Assembly: GCA_964584265.1 (NCBI GenBank)
Contig: CAZOZI010000004.1
Span: 1,877 to 65,876, forward strand
Source: an uncultured Candidatus Saccharibacteria bacterium
Lineage (GTDB): Bacteria > Patescibacteriota > Saccharimonadia > Saccharimonadales > CAYVSP01
DNA length: 64,000 nt
Direction of reading: 5' to 3'
Below, one piece after another: positions 34,019 through 44,566 of this stretch (positions are counted from its first letter, which is position 1; each line of letters opens with the position of its first letter). Under the pieces are notes generated by a model. The model was not told the origin of the DNA and did not search any database. It worked only from the letters and a program-made list of their open reading frames with translations. The position numbers and the translations under genes are program-made.

Positions 34019-35812
34019 ATGTCTAAGGAGGAACTTAAGCGTGACAAGCACGTCACCAATTATATTCATCGTGTTTTCTGGCGTGCTATGGTTAAGTCCA
34101 AGCTTTACTTTGCGCTTACCGTACTAACTTTTCCGTTTGCATTCTTCTTCATTAATATTATTATCCCGTTCGAAGTTGCCTATACTATCCAGGCAATAAT
34201 AAACAGAAATTTTAGTGTCGTCGGGGACTATGCGCTCAAGATTATTCTTATTACAATTGCAGGGAATACCATATTAGCTATTGGCACTTGGGCATTTAAC
34301 CGTGATGGCACAGAAGGTGCCAAGCATGTACAGAACCAAATTTTTAACAACTATCTATCAAAAGATTTTGAGTTTTACAGCAATAACTACATCGGTTCGC
34401 TTGGCACACAAGCCTCTAATTTAAGAGAGGCTTTTGTTGTGTACAATCGGATTGCTCTGTTTGAAATACCGCGGGCATTCGTGATTGTTATTGCGGGATT
34501 AACCGTCGTAGCTTTCCAATCTTTACCATTGGCAGCCATAACGCTACTATGCATATTCTTGGTATTTAGTTTCACTATTGCAACAGGTGGCTTTCGTTTG
34601 AAATATCGGCGAATGGTAAGTTTTGCTAGCAGTAAACTTGCAGGCATATTAGGTGATGCGTTGTCTCATGCAACAGTAGTAAAAAGCTTTGTTAATGAAA
34701 AGTATGAAGTACACCGACTTAATAAAGCAATGAATGATTGGGAAAAAGCTCAGCTAAAATCATGGGACCTGTTCACTCCTGTAAATTTTGGCAGAAATAT
34801 GCTTTTAGCTATTACTATGGGCGCGCTACTTCTAGCGTCCGCACATTTATATCAATCGGGTAGTATTTCTATAGCAATTATCGCATTGGTCCAGTTGTAT
34901 GTAATAAGACTTATTAACACAACTATTGATACTGGAGAGATAATCAAAGAGTACGAGGCCACAATGAGTATGGCTTATCAGCCGGCATCTACTATGATGA
35001 TTGAGACGGAAGTTACCAATAACATTCATCCCGTAAAGCTGCAAAATACCGAAAAAATCGACATTATATTCGACGATACTTCGTACCGTTACCCTGAAAT
35101 GTCTACGGGCGATCATGCTGTCATTGATTTCTCAATTGAAATAAAAAATGGTAAGAAAATTGGATTAGTCGGTTATTCTGGCAGCGGCAAGACAACTATT
35201 ACAAAGTTGCTTCTGCGCTTTATGGATGTAAATGCTGGCAGCATTAAAATCAACGATATTGATATTCGTAATATTGCTCAAGAAGAGCTGCGTAACTTAA
35301 TCGCATATGTGCCGCAAGAACCTTTGCTATTTCATAGATCAATTCGTGAAAATATTGCTTACGCCAAGCCCGAGGCTACTCTGAGCGAAGTAGAGCAGGC
35401 GGGGAAAATGGCATTTGTTGATGAGTTTGTCGGGAATTTGCCCAAGGGCTATGAGACGCTTGTGGGCGAACGCGGGGTGAAACTATCGGGTGGCCAACGC
35501 CAGCGCGTCGCCATTGCCCGAGCACTACTCAAAAATTCACCGATTCTGGTTTTAGACGAGGCTACAAGTGCACTGGATAGTCAAAGTGAATATTACATAC
35601 AAAAAGCCCTAAACCAATTGATGAAAGATCATACTTCTATCGTCATTGCACACCGGCTGAGCACTATCCAGAAAATGGATGAGATAGTTGTTATGGACAG
35701 AGGCAAAATTGTTGAAAAAGGCACGCATAGTGAATTAATCAAAAAATCCAAAACTATCTACGCTCGATTGTGGAAACACCAAAGTGGCGGGTATATAGAA
35801 GAGGAAACATAG
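34019..35812 (+). CDS. ABC exporter, fused permease/ATPase (MsbA/MdlB type)
   Basis: Six-helix TMD, Walker A GYSGSGKTT, signature LSGGQRQR, Walker B ILVLDEATS. Confidence 0.9.
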   Translation: MSKEELKRDKHVTNYIHRVFWRAMVKSKLYFALTVLTFPFAFFFINIIIPFEVAYTIQAIINRNFSVVGDYALKIILITIAGNTILAIGTWAFNRDGTEGAKHVQNQIFNNYLSKDFEFYSNNYIGSLGTQASNLREAFVVYNRIALFEIPRAFVIVIAGLTVVAFQSLPLAAITLLCIFLVFSFTIATGGFRLKYRRMVSFASSKLAGILGDALSHATVVKSFVNEKYEVHRLNKAMNDWEKAQLKSWDLFTPVNFGRNMLLAITMGALLLASAHLYQSGSISIAIIALVQLYVIRLINTTIDTGEIIKEYEATMSMAYQPASTMMIETEVTNNIHPVKLQNTEKIDIIFDDTSYRYPEMSTGDHAVIDFSIEIKNGKKIGLVGYSGSGKTTITKLLLRFMDVNAGSIKINDIDIRNIAQEELRNLIAYVPQEPLLFHRSIRENIAYAKPEATLSEVEQAGKMAFVDEFVGNLPKGYETLVGERGVKLSGGQRQRVAIARALLKNSPILVLDEATSALDSQSEYYIQKALNQLMKDHTSIVIAHRLSTIQKMDEIVVMDRGKIVEKGTHSELIKKSKTIYARLWKHQSGGYIEEET

Positions 35813-35961
35813 CCCTATGGCTTCTCAACAGCAGCGCGCAAACTATAGGAAGCCGGTTTGAGACTGCAGTTTTTGTTAAACGGCAGCCAATGAGTAGCTA
35901 GAAGACTTTAGACAACATCCCTGACAACTGGTACAATCAGCATAAGCGTTATTCAATACTT

Positions 35962-36522
35962 ATGAGCAGCGAATTACAAAAACCAGTAGTCGGCGAAATC
36001 AAGGGTGGCCCTAGGCTCTTTACTTATATTTCAAACTTTTTTTCTAAACCTGCTAAAAAGTTAAACCTTTCAAAGCTACCAAAGGCAGTAAAAGTTTTAA
36101 TCCCACTAATTTTGTTAGTTCTTATTCTAGGAAGCGGCATAGCACTATACCGCAATTACAAAAAACCCGTGATTGCTTGTGATAATAATGTGATTGAAAA
36201 AGCCACACTAATAATAGATAGAGGAAGCGCACAAGACCTAAAACCTATAGTTTCCAACATTCAGAAAAATGTAAAATACACCAAAGATCCAAACTGTCTC
36301 TATATTGTTACGGAGTTCTACGTAAAAAGTAGTGATTATAAAAACGCCCAAGTAGCATTCTCAAATCTAGAGAAAACATATAACCCCAAAAAGGGTTTTA
36401 ATTCTCATCTTGATACTACTTCAACAACTATGAAAGACTTAAAGCATGAGATTGATTTGCTGAAAGAGCTTAGTCAACCACAACCAAAGCCGGCTGTTAA
36501 CCCATGGGGTGCGCCATTATGA
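35962..36522 (+). CDS. hypothetical membrane-anchored protein
   Basis: 186 aa with one TM (VKVLIPLILLVLILGSGIAL). End overlaps the next gene. Confidence 0.6.
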   Translation: MSSELQKPVVGEIKGGPRLFTYISNFFSKPAKKLNLSKLPKAVKVLIPLILLVLILGSGIALYRNYKKPVIACDNNVIEKATLIIDRGSAQDLKPIVSNIQKNVKYTKDPNCLYIVTEFYVKSSDYKNAQVAFSNLEKTYNPKKGFNSHLDTTSTTMKDLKHEIDLLKELSQPQPKPAVNPWGAPL

Positions 36523-38876
36523 AAACAACAAAGCTTAAGATTACAAAGTGGTTATTAATCTGTTTATTGGCCTCTCTTGGCGGGCTTATACTACATCCAC
36601 ATCATGCTAGTGCGGGTTCCATATCCGACTATATATCTGAGGTTGCACCACGATACATAGGTGATTACGTAGAGAATGCTTGTACCCCACAAGCCGATGG
36701 AGGATATGGCTTCACTGTAGTTGCATCCCAATGGATTTCACCCGCAAATGATCCAACCAGTACCAAAGCCCGCGTGCCCTTTGGCGCTAGTGGCGTACTC
36801 CTACAACTTAACTATGTAACTTATCGTTGCACGGACAGTGCTGTTGATTACGCTACTTTTAGAATTGATTCAACGACACCTAATATCCCAGAGCTTATTG
36901 GATTACAGCAGAGTTTGCCCTCTTTTGGTGCAGTAGGGCATCGTAACAGTGGTGTTATAAGTACATTTAACTATACTAACGGAGCACCTTTTGAGAACAC
37001 TCAAGACGTAACTATTACGACTACTAGTAGGGGTACCAGAACATTTCAAAATGTCGCCCCATACTATGGCCATTCTTACTGTTCGCTGTGGAAACCCGGA
37101 GACCACGACGATCAGACGGGTGGTCCGTTCGATTTTGGGCCCTGTGATAATGGCTTATCTCACTTCAAGCTAACTTTTGAGGTCGGTGAACCACAAATTC
37201 AAGCCCATGTATTTTCGGTGGATAAAAACGGAGATCATTTAACGCACCTGGCAGGCGTTCAACTGAACACCTGCGATTGGGGACAGTTCACTACTGGCGA
37301 TGGCACAAACAAGTATATAAAAAAAGGCTATGCTTATTTTCCAGTGCCAAAAGACAAAGGTTTTTGTGTAAGGGTTACGGATAGTGGCACAGGAACAGGT
37401 AATAGTACCATAGCGGGTTACGACGGTCCTTTTGTTAGACCTTGGTTCACGGGTTACTTTGCTGGCGATGTGCCGTCTCCCCATACTGATTGGAATAGTG
37501 CAAACGGTACTCTTTGCACACGACCAACTGCAACTGATCATCAAAATGATCCACCGCAAGGTTTTGGGGACCCGCCCGACTTTCCATATACAAATCATTG
37601 TGCCAATCCATCTTATGAACATCAAGTAGCCGGCGCTGAAGCAGGTTATCAAACATTTTTTGCGGCCGGTACGTTTTTTGATAGGAATTGGGATGGCGGC
37701 TATGACTTTGTATATGTTAAGCGAACAGCTCAACCTAACCCTATACAGTGCTTTGCAAACCCCTCTCAAATAAATGTTAACGACAAAACACTTTTTAGTG
37801 CCTCACCGATTTTTGATGAATCCGGGAATCAAATTAATTATACGTGGTTGTCCCCGGGCGGTATTCCGCCTAGTAGTAACAATGTGCCGCTAAATCCCTA
37901 TCAAGTCCAGTACAACACAATAGGTAAATATACTACCACCGTTACGGCCAGGGGGCAGCAGGCAACTTGCAGCGTAAGAGTAATAAAACCACCGACCTAT
38001 CCATACCTACGCGTCTTCAATGGTGATGTAATCGCTGGGGGAGGTATTGAGTCTTCTGGTACGTGCGGCTTTACGGCCGGCGCAGGCATTTTAGCCTTTG
38101 ACAATACAAGTCTTGCCGGCGCAGGCGCTGGTACACAGCTAGCTGCCTATGCGCTTAATGCCATACATGGCTTTAATTCGTCCGCCGGACGCTCCAGCCC
38201 GCCACTAATTCCGATTCCGAATAGTGGACTAAGTTTTGCGAATACATCGCCTCAAGCTAACCCGCCTTTAAAATATGGCGGTGGTTTTGGTACGGTTGCT
38301 TGTACCCCCGACTTCTTTAGCAAGGCTAAACCACTTGGAACAGACTTAAGTCTTGGCAACCCATCATCAATTACACTTCCAGACACAAGTATCAATAGTA
38401 CTATTATCAAATACCATGACTTTGGAGCAACTGGAGGCAAACTAATTATTGGTAATAATGTTACATTCACTGGCGCTTCTGCTGGTTGGGCTAACACTCA
38501 GTCAATCCCTCAGTTTTATATAGTTATTAAGAACGGCGACATCTATATTGATCAGAGTGTTATTCAGCTCGATGGGGTATATATTGCTCAAGGCGGCAAT
38601 ATCTATACATGTACAAACGCTAGCAGTCTCTATCCAGATGGCATCGCTGTGGCTAATAACTGTACCAAACAACTGACCGTAAACGGTGTCTTTATTGCTG
38701 ATTCGGTTCGTCTCCTCAGAACAAAAGGAGACATTGCTTCTAGCACCAATGGAGAAGCAAACCCAAATCCCAATATTGCAGAAATATTTAACTACACACC
38801 AGAAATATTCCTAAACTCACCGTTTAACATATCTACCCCATATGATTCCATCACAAATTTGCCGCCAATTTTATGA
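36519..38876 (+). CDS. large secreted/surface protein of unknown function
   Basis: Signal peptide MKTTKLKITKWLLICLLASLGGLILHPHHASA. Gly/Thr/Asn/Pro-rich, beta-rich sequence. Immediately upstream of the pilus locus. Confidence 0.7.
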   Translation: MKTTKLKITKWLLICLLASLGGLILHPHHASAGSISDYISEVAPRYIGDYVENACTPQADGGYGFTVVASQWISPANDPTSTKARVPFGASGVLLQLNYVTYRCTDSAVDYATFRIDSTTPNIPELIGLQQSLPSFGAVGHRNSGVISTFNYTNGAPFENTQDVTITTTSRGTRTFQNVAPYYGHSYCSLWKPGDHDDQTGGPFDFGPCDNGLSHFKLTFEVGEPQIQAHVFSVDKNGDHLTHLAGVQLNTCDWGQFTTGDGTNKYIKKGYAYFPVPKDKGFCVRVTDSGTGTGNSTIAGYDGPFVRPWFTGYFAGDVPSPHTDWNSANGTLCTRPTATDHQNDPPQGFGDPPDFPYTNHCANPSYEHQVAGAEAGYQTFFAAGTFFDRNWDGGYDFVYVKRTAQPNPIQCFANPSQINVNDKTLFSASPIFDESGNQINYTWLSPGGIPPSSNNVPLNPYQVQYNTIGKYTTTVTARGQQATCSVRVIKPPTYPYLRVFNGDVIAGGGIESSGTCGFTAGAGILAFDNTSLAGAGAGTQLAAYALNAIHGFNSSAGRSSPPLIPIPNSGLSFANTSPQANPPLKYGGGFGTVACTPDFFSKAKPLGTDLSLGNPSSITLPDTSINSTIIKYHDFGATGGKLIIGNNVTFTGASAGWANTQSIPQFYIVIKNGDIYIDQSVIQLDGVYIAQGGNIYTCTNASSLYPDGIAVANNCTKQLTVNGVFIADSVRLLRTKGDIASSTNGEANPNPNIAEIFNYTPEIFLNSPFNISTPYDSITNLPPIL

Positions 38877-38882
38877 TAGGTG

Positions 38883-38912
38883 TTGCTAAGATAGATAGTG
38901 CTTATGTATAAT
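38883..38912 (+). promoter_or_regulatory. candidate promoter of the pilM operon
   Basis: TTGCTA-18-TATAAT, about 105 nt upstream of pilM. Confidence 0.55.
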
Positions 38913-39021
38913 CAGAGTCAACTATGAATCTCGTTAGAGCCTTGGTGGGCGAGAGCGAGAATTCTAGGAAAAAATATGCGCGTAGCTGAAACACATAACA
39001 AATTAAAGAGGCCATAGTCAG

Positions 39022-40059
39022 ATGAGTATGCTGAGTGGTGTATCAGATTTCTTTGGGTTGGACATTGGGACAACCGCTATTCGTTTGGTACAACTTCGCG
39101 GTGGTAATCCAAAAGCGCTAGTAAAATATGCCTTTGCACCCTTGGACAGCAAAATTGCTATGAGTGACTCAAAGGCCGACCAGCAAAAATTGGCGCAAAC
39201 CTTACGTGATCTGTTAGAACAAGCCAATATTGCTACTAGAAATGTTGCTGTTGGCGTGTCTTCAGATCGGGTATTCACAACAGTTGTGGATATTGACCGT
39301 TTAACTCCCGATGAACTTGCTAAAACTATTCGTTATCAAGCTGATTCTCTTATACCCACACCATTAAATGAATCAAAGCTTGACTGGGCTGTCATTGGCG
39401 ATTCTCCTAAAGATAAAACAAAGGTTGAAGTACTTCTCACTAGCGTTACTAACCAATTCGTGGAAAATAGATTAGATATGTTGGAATCAATTGGTCTAAA
39501 TGTAATTGCCTTTGAGCCAGACAGCATCGCGCTAACCAGGGCTATAATTCCATCTGATGCCACTGCCCCGCATATGTTATTGGATATTGGCAATAAAGCG
39601 ACAGATTTAATTGTGACGATGGAGGGATCCCCGCGTCTTATTCGCTCAATTCCAACTGGCAGCGAAGCTATTTTAAAGGCTGCTATGCAAAATCTTAACA
39701 TTGATGAAAAGCAGGCCCAGCAATTTGTCTTTAAGTTCGGGCTGGCCAAGGGCAAACTTGAAGGTCAAATCTATAATGCTATTATTGGTACCGTTGATAT
39801 CTTGACAAGTGAAATTGAAAAATCGATAAAGTTCTTCCAGGCACGCTACACCGGTACAAAGCTTGAGCGCATTATTGTTACTGGCGGTGCATCAGCTTTA
39901 CCAGAGTTTCCTCTTTATCTTGCTAATAAATTCGGACTTAATGTAGAAATTGGAAACGCTTGGCGTAATGTCAGCTTTCCTGCAAGTCGCCAAAATGAAC
40001 TGCTGGCCGTTTCTAATCACTTTGGTGTAGCAGCCGGGCTAGCGGAGAGGCAGGAGTAA
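39022..40059 (+). CDS. pilM: type IV pilus assembly protein PilM
   Basis: Actin-like ATPase fold: GLDIGTTAIRLVQL N-terminus, IIVTGGASALPEF C-terminal phosphate-2 motif. Confidence 0.88.
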   Translation: MSMLSGVSDFFGLDIGTTAIRLVQLRGGNPKALVKYAFAPLDSKIAMSDSKADQQKLAQTLRDLLEQANIATRNVAVGVSSDRVFTTVVDIDRLTPDELAKTIRYQADSLIPTPLNESKLDWAVIGDSPKDKTKVEVLLTSVTNQFVENRLDMLESIGLNVIAFEPDSIALTRAIIPSDATAPHMLLDIGNKATDLIVTMEGSPRLIRSIPTGSEAILKAAMQNLNIDEKQAQQFVFKFGLAKGKLEGQIYNAIIGTVDILTSEIEKSIKFFQARYTGTKLERIIVTGGASALPEFPLYLANKFGLNVEIGNAWRNVSFPASRQNELLAVSNHFGVAAGLAERQE

Positions 40060-40742
40060 TGGTTCAATTTAATCTTTTACCAGAAGTCAAACTGGACTAT
40101 ATAAAGGCAAAACATAGTAAGCAGGGTACTGTTGTAATAGCTAGTGCAGTGGCACTAACAACACTCACAATTTTTATCCTACTTTTTTTGGTTGTTAACG
40201 TAGTTCAGAAAAAGCACCTAAGTGATTTAAATAAAGATATTAAGACATACAGCTCGCAACTCCAAAATACCCCGGATCTGAATAAAATCCTGACAGTTCA
40301 AAACCAGCTAAATAGCCTACCTGATTTACATGCTAAAAAACCAATTGCGTCACGTCTTTTCAGCTATTTGGGACAAGTTACACCGGCCAAGGCCAGCATC
40401 AGCAGGCTACACATTGATATGGAGGCTCATACTCTTACGATTGAAGGAACAGCTGACCAACTTAGTACCGTCAATACCTATGCTGATACTCTTAAATTCA
40501 CAACGTTTAATACTAAAGATAATTCTAAGCAGTCGTCTGCTTTTAGTAATGTAGTGTTAACCAGTTTCAGTAGAGACGCTACGTCAACTAACTATAATTT
40601 ATCGCTCAGTTTTGATCCGGCTATCTTTGATGGAGCTCAAGAAGTTACCCTAACAGTGCCCAAGACAACTACTACCAGAAGCGAAACCGAAAAGCCATCT
40701 GCGCTTTTCCAGGCACCGGCTAATCCGCAGGGAGGACAGTAA
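40059..40742 (+). CDS. pilN: PilN-like pilus assembly protein
   Basis: MVQFNLLPE signature followed by a single TM. Start overlaps the pilM stop. Confidence 0.75.
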   Translation: MVQFNLLPEVKLDYIKAKHSKQGTVVIASAVALTTLTIFILLFLVVNVVQKKHLSDLNKDIKTYSSQLQNTPDLNKILTVQNQLNSLPDLHAKKPIASRLFSYLGQVTPAKASISRLHIDMEAHTLTIEGTADQLSTVNTYADTLKFTTFNTKDNSKQSSAFSNVVLTSFSRDATSTNYNLSLSFDPAIFDGAQEVTLTVPKTTTTRSETEKPSALFQAPANPQGGQ

Positions 40743-41416
40743 TGGCTAAACCGCTAATCTCAACTAAACGTCTGTTAATAGATAAGGCCAATAGTACAAT
40801 CGTTATTGTTGTAGCCGTGGCCTCTTTTGTTACTGTCTTCTCGCTTGTTGCCACCAAAGCATTGTTAAGCCAGCGTGGCTACCAAGCACGAGTGACTTCA
40901 GAAAAGGAAAAAGCCGTCAAACAACTCAAAGCTAACGTGAATGCTGTCAGCACATTGCAAACAGCCTACAAAGGCTTTGTGGATACTCCAGATAATGTGC
41001 TAGGAGGTAATCCAAAAGGTACAGGTGACAAAGATGGGGATAATGCCAAAATTGTGCTTGATGCCTTGCCAAGCAAATACGACTTCCCAGCACTAGCTTC
41101 AAGCCTGGAAAAAATTCTTAGCAGCCAAAGCATTAAGATTGTGAGTATAACTGGTACTGACGAAGAAGTGCAGCAGGAAGCAAATCAAAGCAGCCCAACA
41201 CCAGCCCTGGTCGATATGCCTTTTCAAATTGCAGTATCGGGCAATTACGCCGCACTACAAACTTTAATGGGTACGTTAGAAAAATCAATACGCCCAATTC
41301 AAGTGCAAACACTTGATTTCAGTGGTACCGATGCCAGTATGCAGTTGACTATAACTGCTAAAACTTTCTATCAGCCATCAAAGAGTCTTAGTATTACAAC
41401 AAAGGATGTGAAATGA
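40742..41416 (+). CDS. pilO: PilO-like pilus assembly protein
   Basis: N-terminal TM plus coiled coil. Position after pilN, translationally coupled. Confidence 0.65.
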   Translation: MAKPLISTKRLLIDKANSTIVIVVAVASFVTVFSLVATKALLSQRGYQARVTSEKEKAVKQLKANVNAVSTLQTAYKGFVDTPDNVLGGNPKGTGDKDGDNAKIVLDALPSKYDFPALASSLEKILSSQSIKIVSITGTDEEVQQEANQSSPTPALVDMPFQIAVSGNYAALQTLMGTLEKSIRPIQVQTLDFSGTDASMQLTITAKTFYQPSKSLSITTKDVK

Positions 41417-41661
41417 AACAAAAAGACATTGCTCTGATAATCGTAATTGTATTCATTAGTGGCGTTATTTCGATTTTTATCTCCAAACTAGTCATTACTC
41501 CACCAAAAAATCGCCAACAAAAGGTTGAAGTTGTTCAGGCAATAACAACTGAGTTTAATAAACCTGACAGCAAATACTTCAACAGCAGTGCGATTGATCC
41601 AACCAAACTTATCCAGATTGGCAATAATTCTAATACGGCACCATTTAATACTAAGCCTTAA
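41413..41661 (+). CDS. small single-TM protein of the pilus operon
   Basis: 82 aa with an N-terminal TM. ATGA overlap with pilO. Confidence 0.55.
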   Translation: MKQKDIALIIVIVFISGVISIFISKLVITPPKNRQQKVEVVQAITTEFNKPDSKYFNSSAIDPTKLIQIGNNSNTAPFNTKP

Positions 41662-41679
41662 AGGGGATGAGGCTAGCCT

Positions 41680-43470
41680 ATGACTGTCTTATCCACAACC
41701 ATCCAACACCAAGTTGAAGATAGTTTAGTTAAAAACAAGCTTATAACAAGCCAAGAATTAACGGATTTGCGAAGTAAAGGTGAGAAACAAAACATACCAC
41801 TTCTCGGTTTACTTGTGAGCGAAGGACATATCACCAATGAACAGCTTACAAAAACAATCGCACATGTCACCAAAGTACCTTACGTTAATCTAAGCAACGC
41901 ACAGGTTGATCCAGAGATACTAGCCCTATTACCCCAGGAATTAGCTGAACGCTATATGGCAGTTCCGCTTGGTGAGATGCAGCATCGACTGGCTGTTGGT
42001 ATGCTTGATGCCGATAACATTCAAGCCGTCGATTTTTTAGCTAACAAAATTAGTCGTCCACTTAAGGTTTATGCAGCCAGTGAAGAGGGAATTCGACAAG
42101 TACTTCATCAGTATAAAGCGCAGATTAGTGCAGAAATTAGTAGTGCCTTTAGCGAACAAAAAGAGATTGAAGAGCTGGTCGTTGGTGCAGACAAAGAACC
42201 GGATGAAAAAATTGATACACTTGCTCAAGATTCACCGGTTAGTAAAGTACTAAGCTCTATATTAGAGTATGCTGCTTCACATCGAGCTAGTGACGTACAT
42301 ATTGAACCGCGAGAGAAGGATCTAAGGATTCGTTGTCGAGTGGATGGGGTGCTACGCGAAATTATGAAACTACCAAAAAGCAGCGAACCACCAATTGTTT
42401 CGCGAATAAAAATTTTATCCAATTTGAAGATTGACGAACACCGTATTCCACAGGATGGCCAGTTTACAATTAAGGTGTTAGATCACAATATTGACCTCCG
42501 TATAGCTATCTCGCCGGTTGTCTGGGGAGAGCAAATCGTCATTCGTTTGCTTGATAAATCAGGTACAAGTTTCAAGCTCGAAGAAATGGGCTATGCCGGC
42601 CGTTCATTACGTCTTATTCGTCAAGCCATCAAACGACCTAATGGCATGATTTTGACGTCCGGACCAACTGGCTCTGGTAAGACCACTTCCATGTATGCGC
42701 TTCTACAGGAGGTAAAAAATGACGCCATCAATATTGTGACCCTGGAAGATCCAGTAGAGTATAAGATTGAAGGCGTCAATCAAATACAAGTCAACGCTGA
42801 TGTAGGGCTTACCTTTGCAACAGGACTACGTTCTATCTTGCGTCAGGACCCAGACGTAGTCATGGTAGGGGAAATCCGCGATAAAGAAACGGCCACATTA
42901 GCTGTACAGGCAGCACTCACAGGGCATCTGGTTTTCAGTACATTGCACACTAATTCAGCGGCCGGTATTCTGCCAAGACTTCTAGATATGGGTATTGAGC
43001 CATTTTTGATTGCCAGTACGGTTCATACAGTCATTGGTCAGCGTTTGGTGCGCCGAATCCCAGATGACAAAAAACAATCCTACCAGGCGGATAAAACTGA
43101 GACTGAGGCAATCCATGCTACTTTGGAGCACTTATTGCCCACGGCCGAGACAGACGTTAAGAAGGTTTCGGTAGATTTAGGCTACGAAACCTTGCCCTTG
43201 AAAGGCCAAAACGCTTATACTTTGTTCAAGGGCGAAGACAGTTCCGATAGTCCGGGGGGCTATAAAGGACGAATGGGCCTGTACGAAGTGTTTGAAGTAA
43301 CCGAGGCTATTCAAGATCTCATTCTCAAACGCTCAACAAGTGGCGAAATTCAAAAAGCGGCCCAAGCCCAAGGTATGGTTACAATGCGAGAGGAAGGATA
43401 CCTTAAAGCATTAGCAGGCTACACTACGCTCGCCGAGGTCAACAGGGTCGCCGCATTGGATAGCGCTTAA
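41680..43470 (+). CDS. pilB: type IV pilus assembly ATPase PilB (GspE family)
   Basis: N-terminal GSPII domain, Walker A GPTGSGKTT, Asp and His boxes, Walker B VMVGEIRD. Confidence 0.92.
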   Translation: MTVLSTTIQHQVEDSLVKNKLITSQELTDLRSKGEKQNIPLLGLLVSEGHITNEQLTKTIAHVTKVPYVNLSNAQVDPEILALLPQELAERYMAVPLGEMQHRLAVGMLDADNIQAVDFLANKISRPLKVYAASEEGIRQVLHQYKAQISAEISSAFSEQKEIEELVVGADKEPDEKIDTLAQDSPVSKVLSSILEYAASHRASDVHIEPREKDLRIRCRVDGVLREIMKLPKSSEPPIVSRIKILSNLKIDEHRIPQDGQFTIKVLDHNIDLRIAISPVVWGEQIVIRLLDKSGTSFKLEEMGYAGRSLRLIRQAIKRPNGMILTSGPTGSGKTTSMYALLQEVKNDAINIVTLEDPVEYKIEGVNQIQVNADVGLTFATGLRSILRQDPDVVMVGEIRDKETATLAVQAALTGHLVFSTLHTNSAAGILPRLLDMGIEPFLIASTVHTVIGQRLVRRIPDDKKQSYQADKTETEAIHATLEHLLPTAETDVKKVSVDLGYETLPLKGQNAYTLFKGEDSSDSPGGYKGRMGLYEVFEVTEAIQDLILKRSTSGEIQKAAQAQGMVTMREEGYLKALAGYTTLAEVNRVAALDSA

Positions 43471-43482
43471 CAAGTAAAGGTG

Positions 43483-44562
43483 ATGGATACACACATGCAA
43501 GGTCAACCAAGAATCGAAGTACTACTAGAAGAGGTTATTAAGAAAAAGGCCTCTGACTTACATATTCAAGTCGGATTAGCACCAATGTTAAGAGTTGATG
43601 GTGTTTTAGTAGCTGTAACAGGGGCGGAACCTTTAAGCGAAGAGGCAGTTGAATCACTTATTTTTGCTATTTTGGATGAAGACCAAAAGCAAATTCTCTT
43701 AAAAGATAAAGAGTTCGATTTTAGCTTTGCCTTTGGAGACCTGGGGCGATTTCGAGTAAATGCCTTCCATGAACGTGGTAACTTAGCCGCCGCTTTGCGT
43801 CTTATACCAAATGAGATCTTAACGGTTGAACAACTTGGTCTACCGGCCATCGTCAATAAATTTGCTGACTATCCTCGCGGTCTTGTGCTTATTACTGGTC
43901 CAACCGGCTCTGGTAAATCTACGACTCTGGCGGCCATCGTCCATAAGATCAATATGGAACGCCCGGCGCATATTATTACTATCGAAGACCCAATTGAATT
44001 TACGCACAAATCCAATAAGTCAGTTATTGTGCAACGAGAAGTTCACTACGACACCTATTCCTTTTCTGCGGCGCTTCGCAGTAGTTTGCGTGAAGACCCA
44101 GATGTAGTATTAATTGGTGAAATGCGTGACCTGGAAACGATCGCAGCTGCTATTACTATTGCCGAAACAGGACATCTTGTGTTAGCAACACTTCATACCA
44201 ATAGTGCAGCGCAGAGTATTGATCGTATGATTGATGTTTTCCCTCCACACCAGCAGCCTCAAATTCGTGCCCAGCTCAGTAATATACTAATGGCTATTTG
44301 TTCACAACGTCTGCTACCAGCCATTGGTGGCGGGCGTATTGCTTCAGCAGAAATTCTGACCGCTACTGCAGCTGTGCGTAATATTATTCGTGAAGGCAAA
44401 AGCCATCAGCTTGAAGCAGTTATTCAAACTGGAGCTGAGTATGGTATGCAATCTATGGACAAAACACTGGTTTCACTCATACATAATGGTACTGTTACCT
44501 ACGAGGAAGCCCGCATGGTAGCGGTTGATATTGAAGAACTTGATCGACTTATGAGAGGCTAA
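43483..44562 (+). CDS. pilT: twitching motility ATPase PilT
   Basis: GPTGSGKST Walker A, VLIGEMRD, PilT signature AAVRNIIREGK. ATG 43483; GTG 43480 is also possible. Confidence 0.92.
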   Translation: MDTHMQGQPRIEVLLEEVIKKKASDLHIQVGLAPMLRVDGVLVAVTGAEPLSEEAVESLIFAILDEDQKQILLKDKEFDFSFAFGDLGRFRVNAFHERGNLAAALRLIPNEILTVEQLGLPAIVNKFADYPRGLVLITGPTGSGKSTTLAAIVHKINMERPAHIITIEDPIEFTHKSNKSVIVQREVHYDTYSFSAALRSSLREDPDVVLIGEMRDLETIAAAITIAETGHLVLATLHTNSAAQSIDRMIDVFPPHQQPQIRAQLSNILMAICSQRLLPAIGGGRIASAEILTATAAVRNIIREGKSHQLEAVIQTGAEYGMQSMDKTLVSLIHNGTVTYEEARMVAVDIEELDRLMRG

Positions 44563-44566
44563 AACT

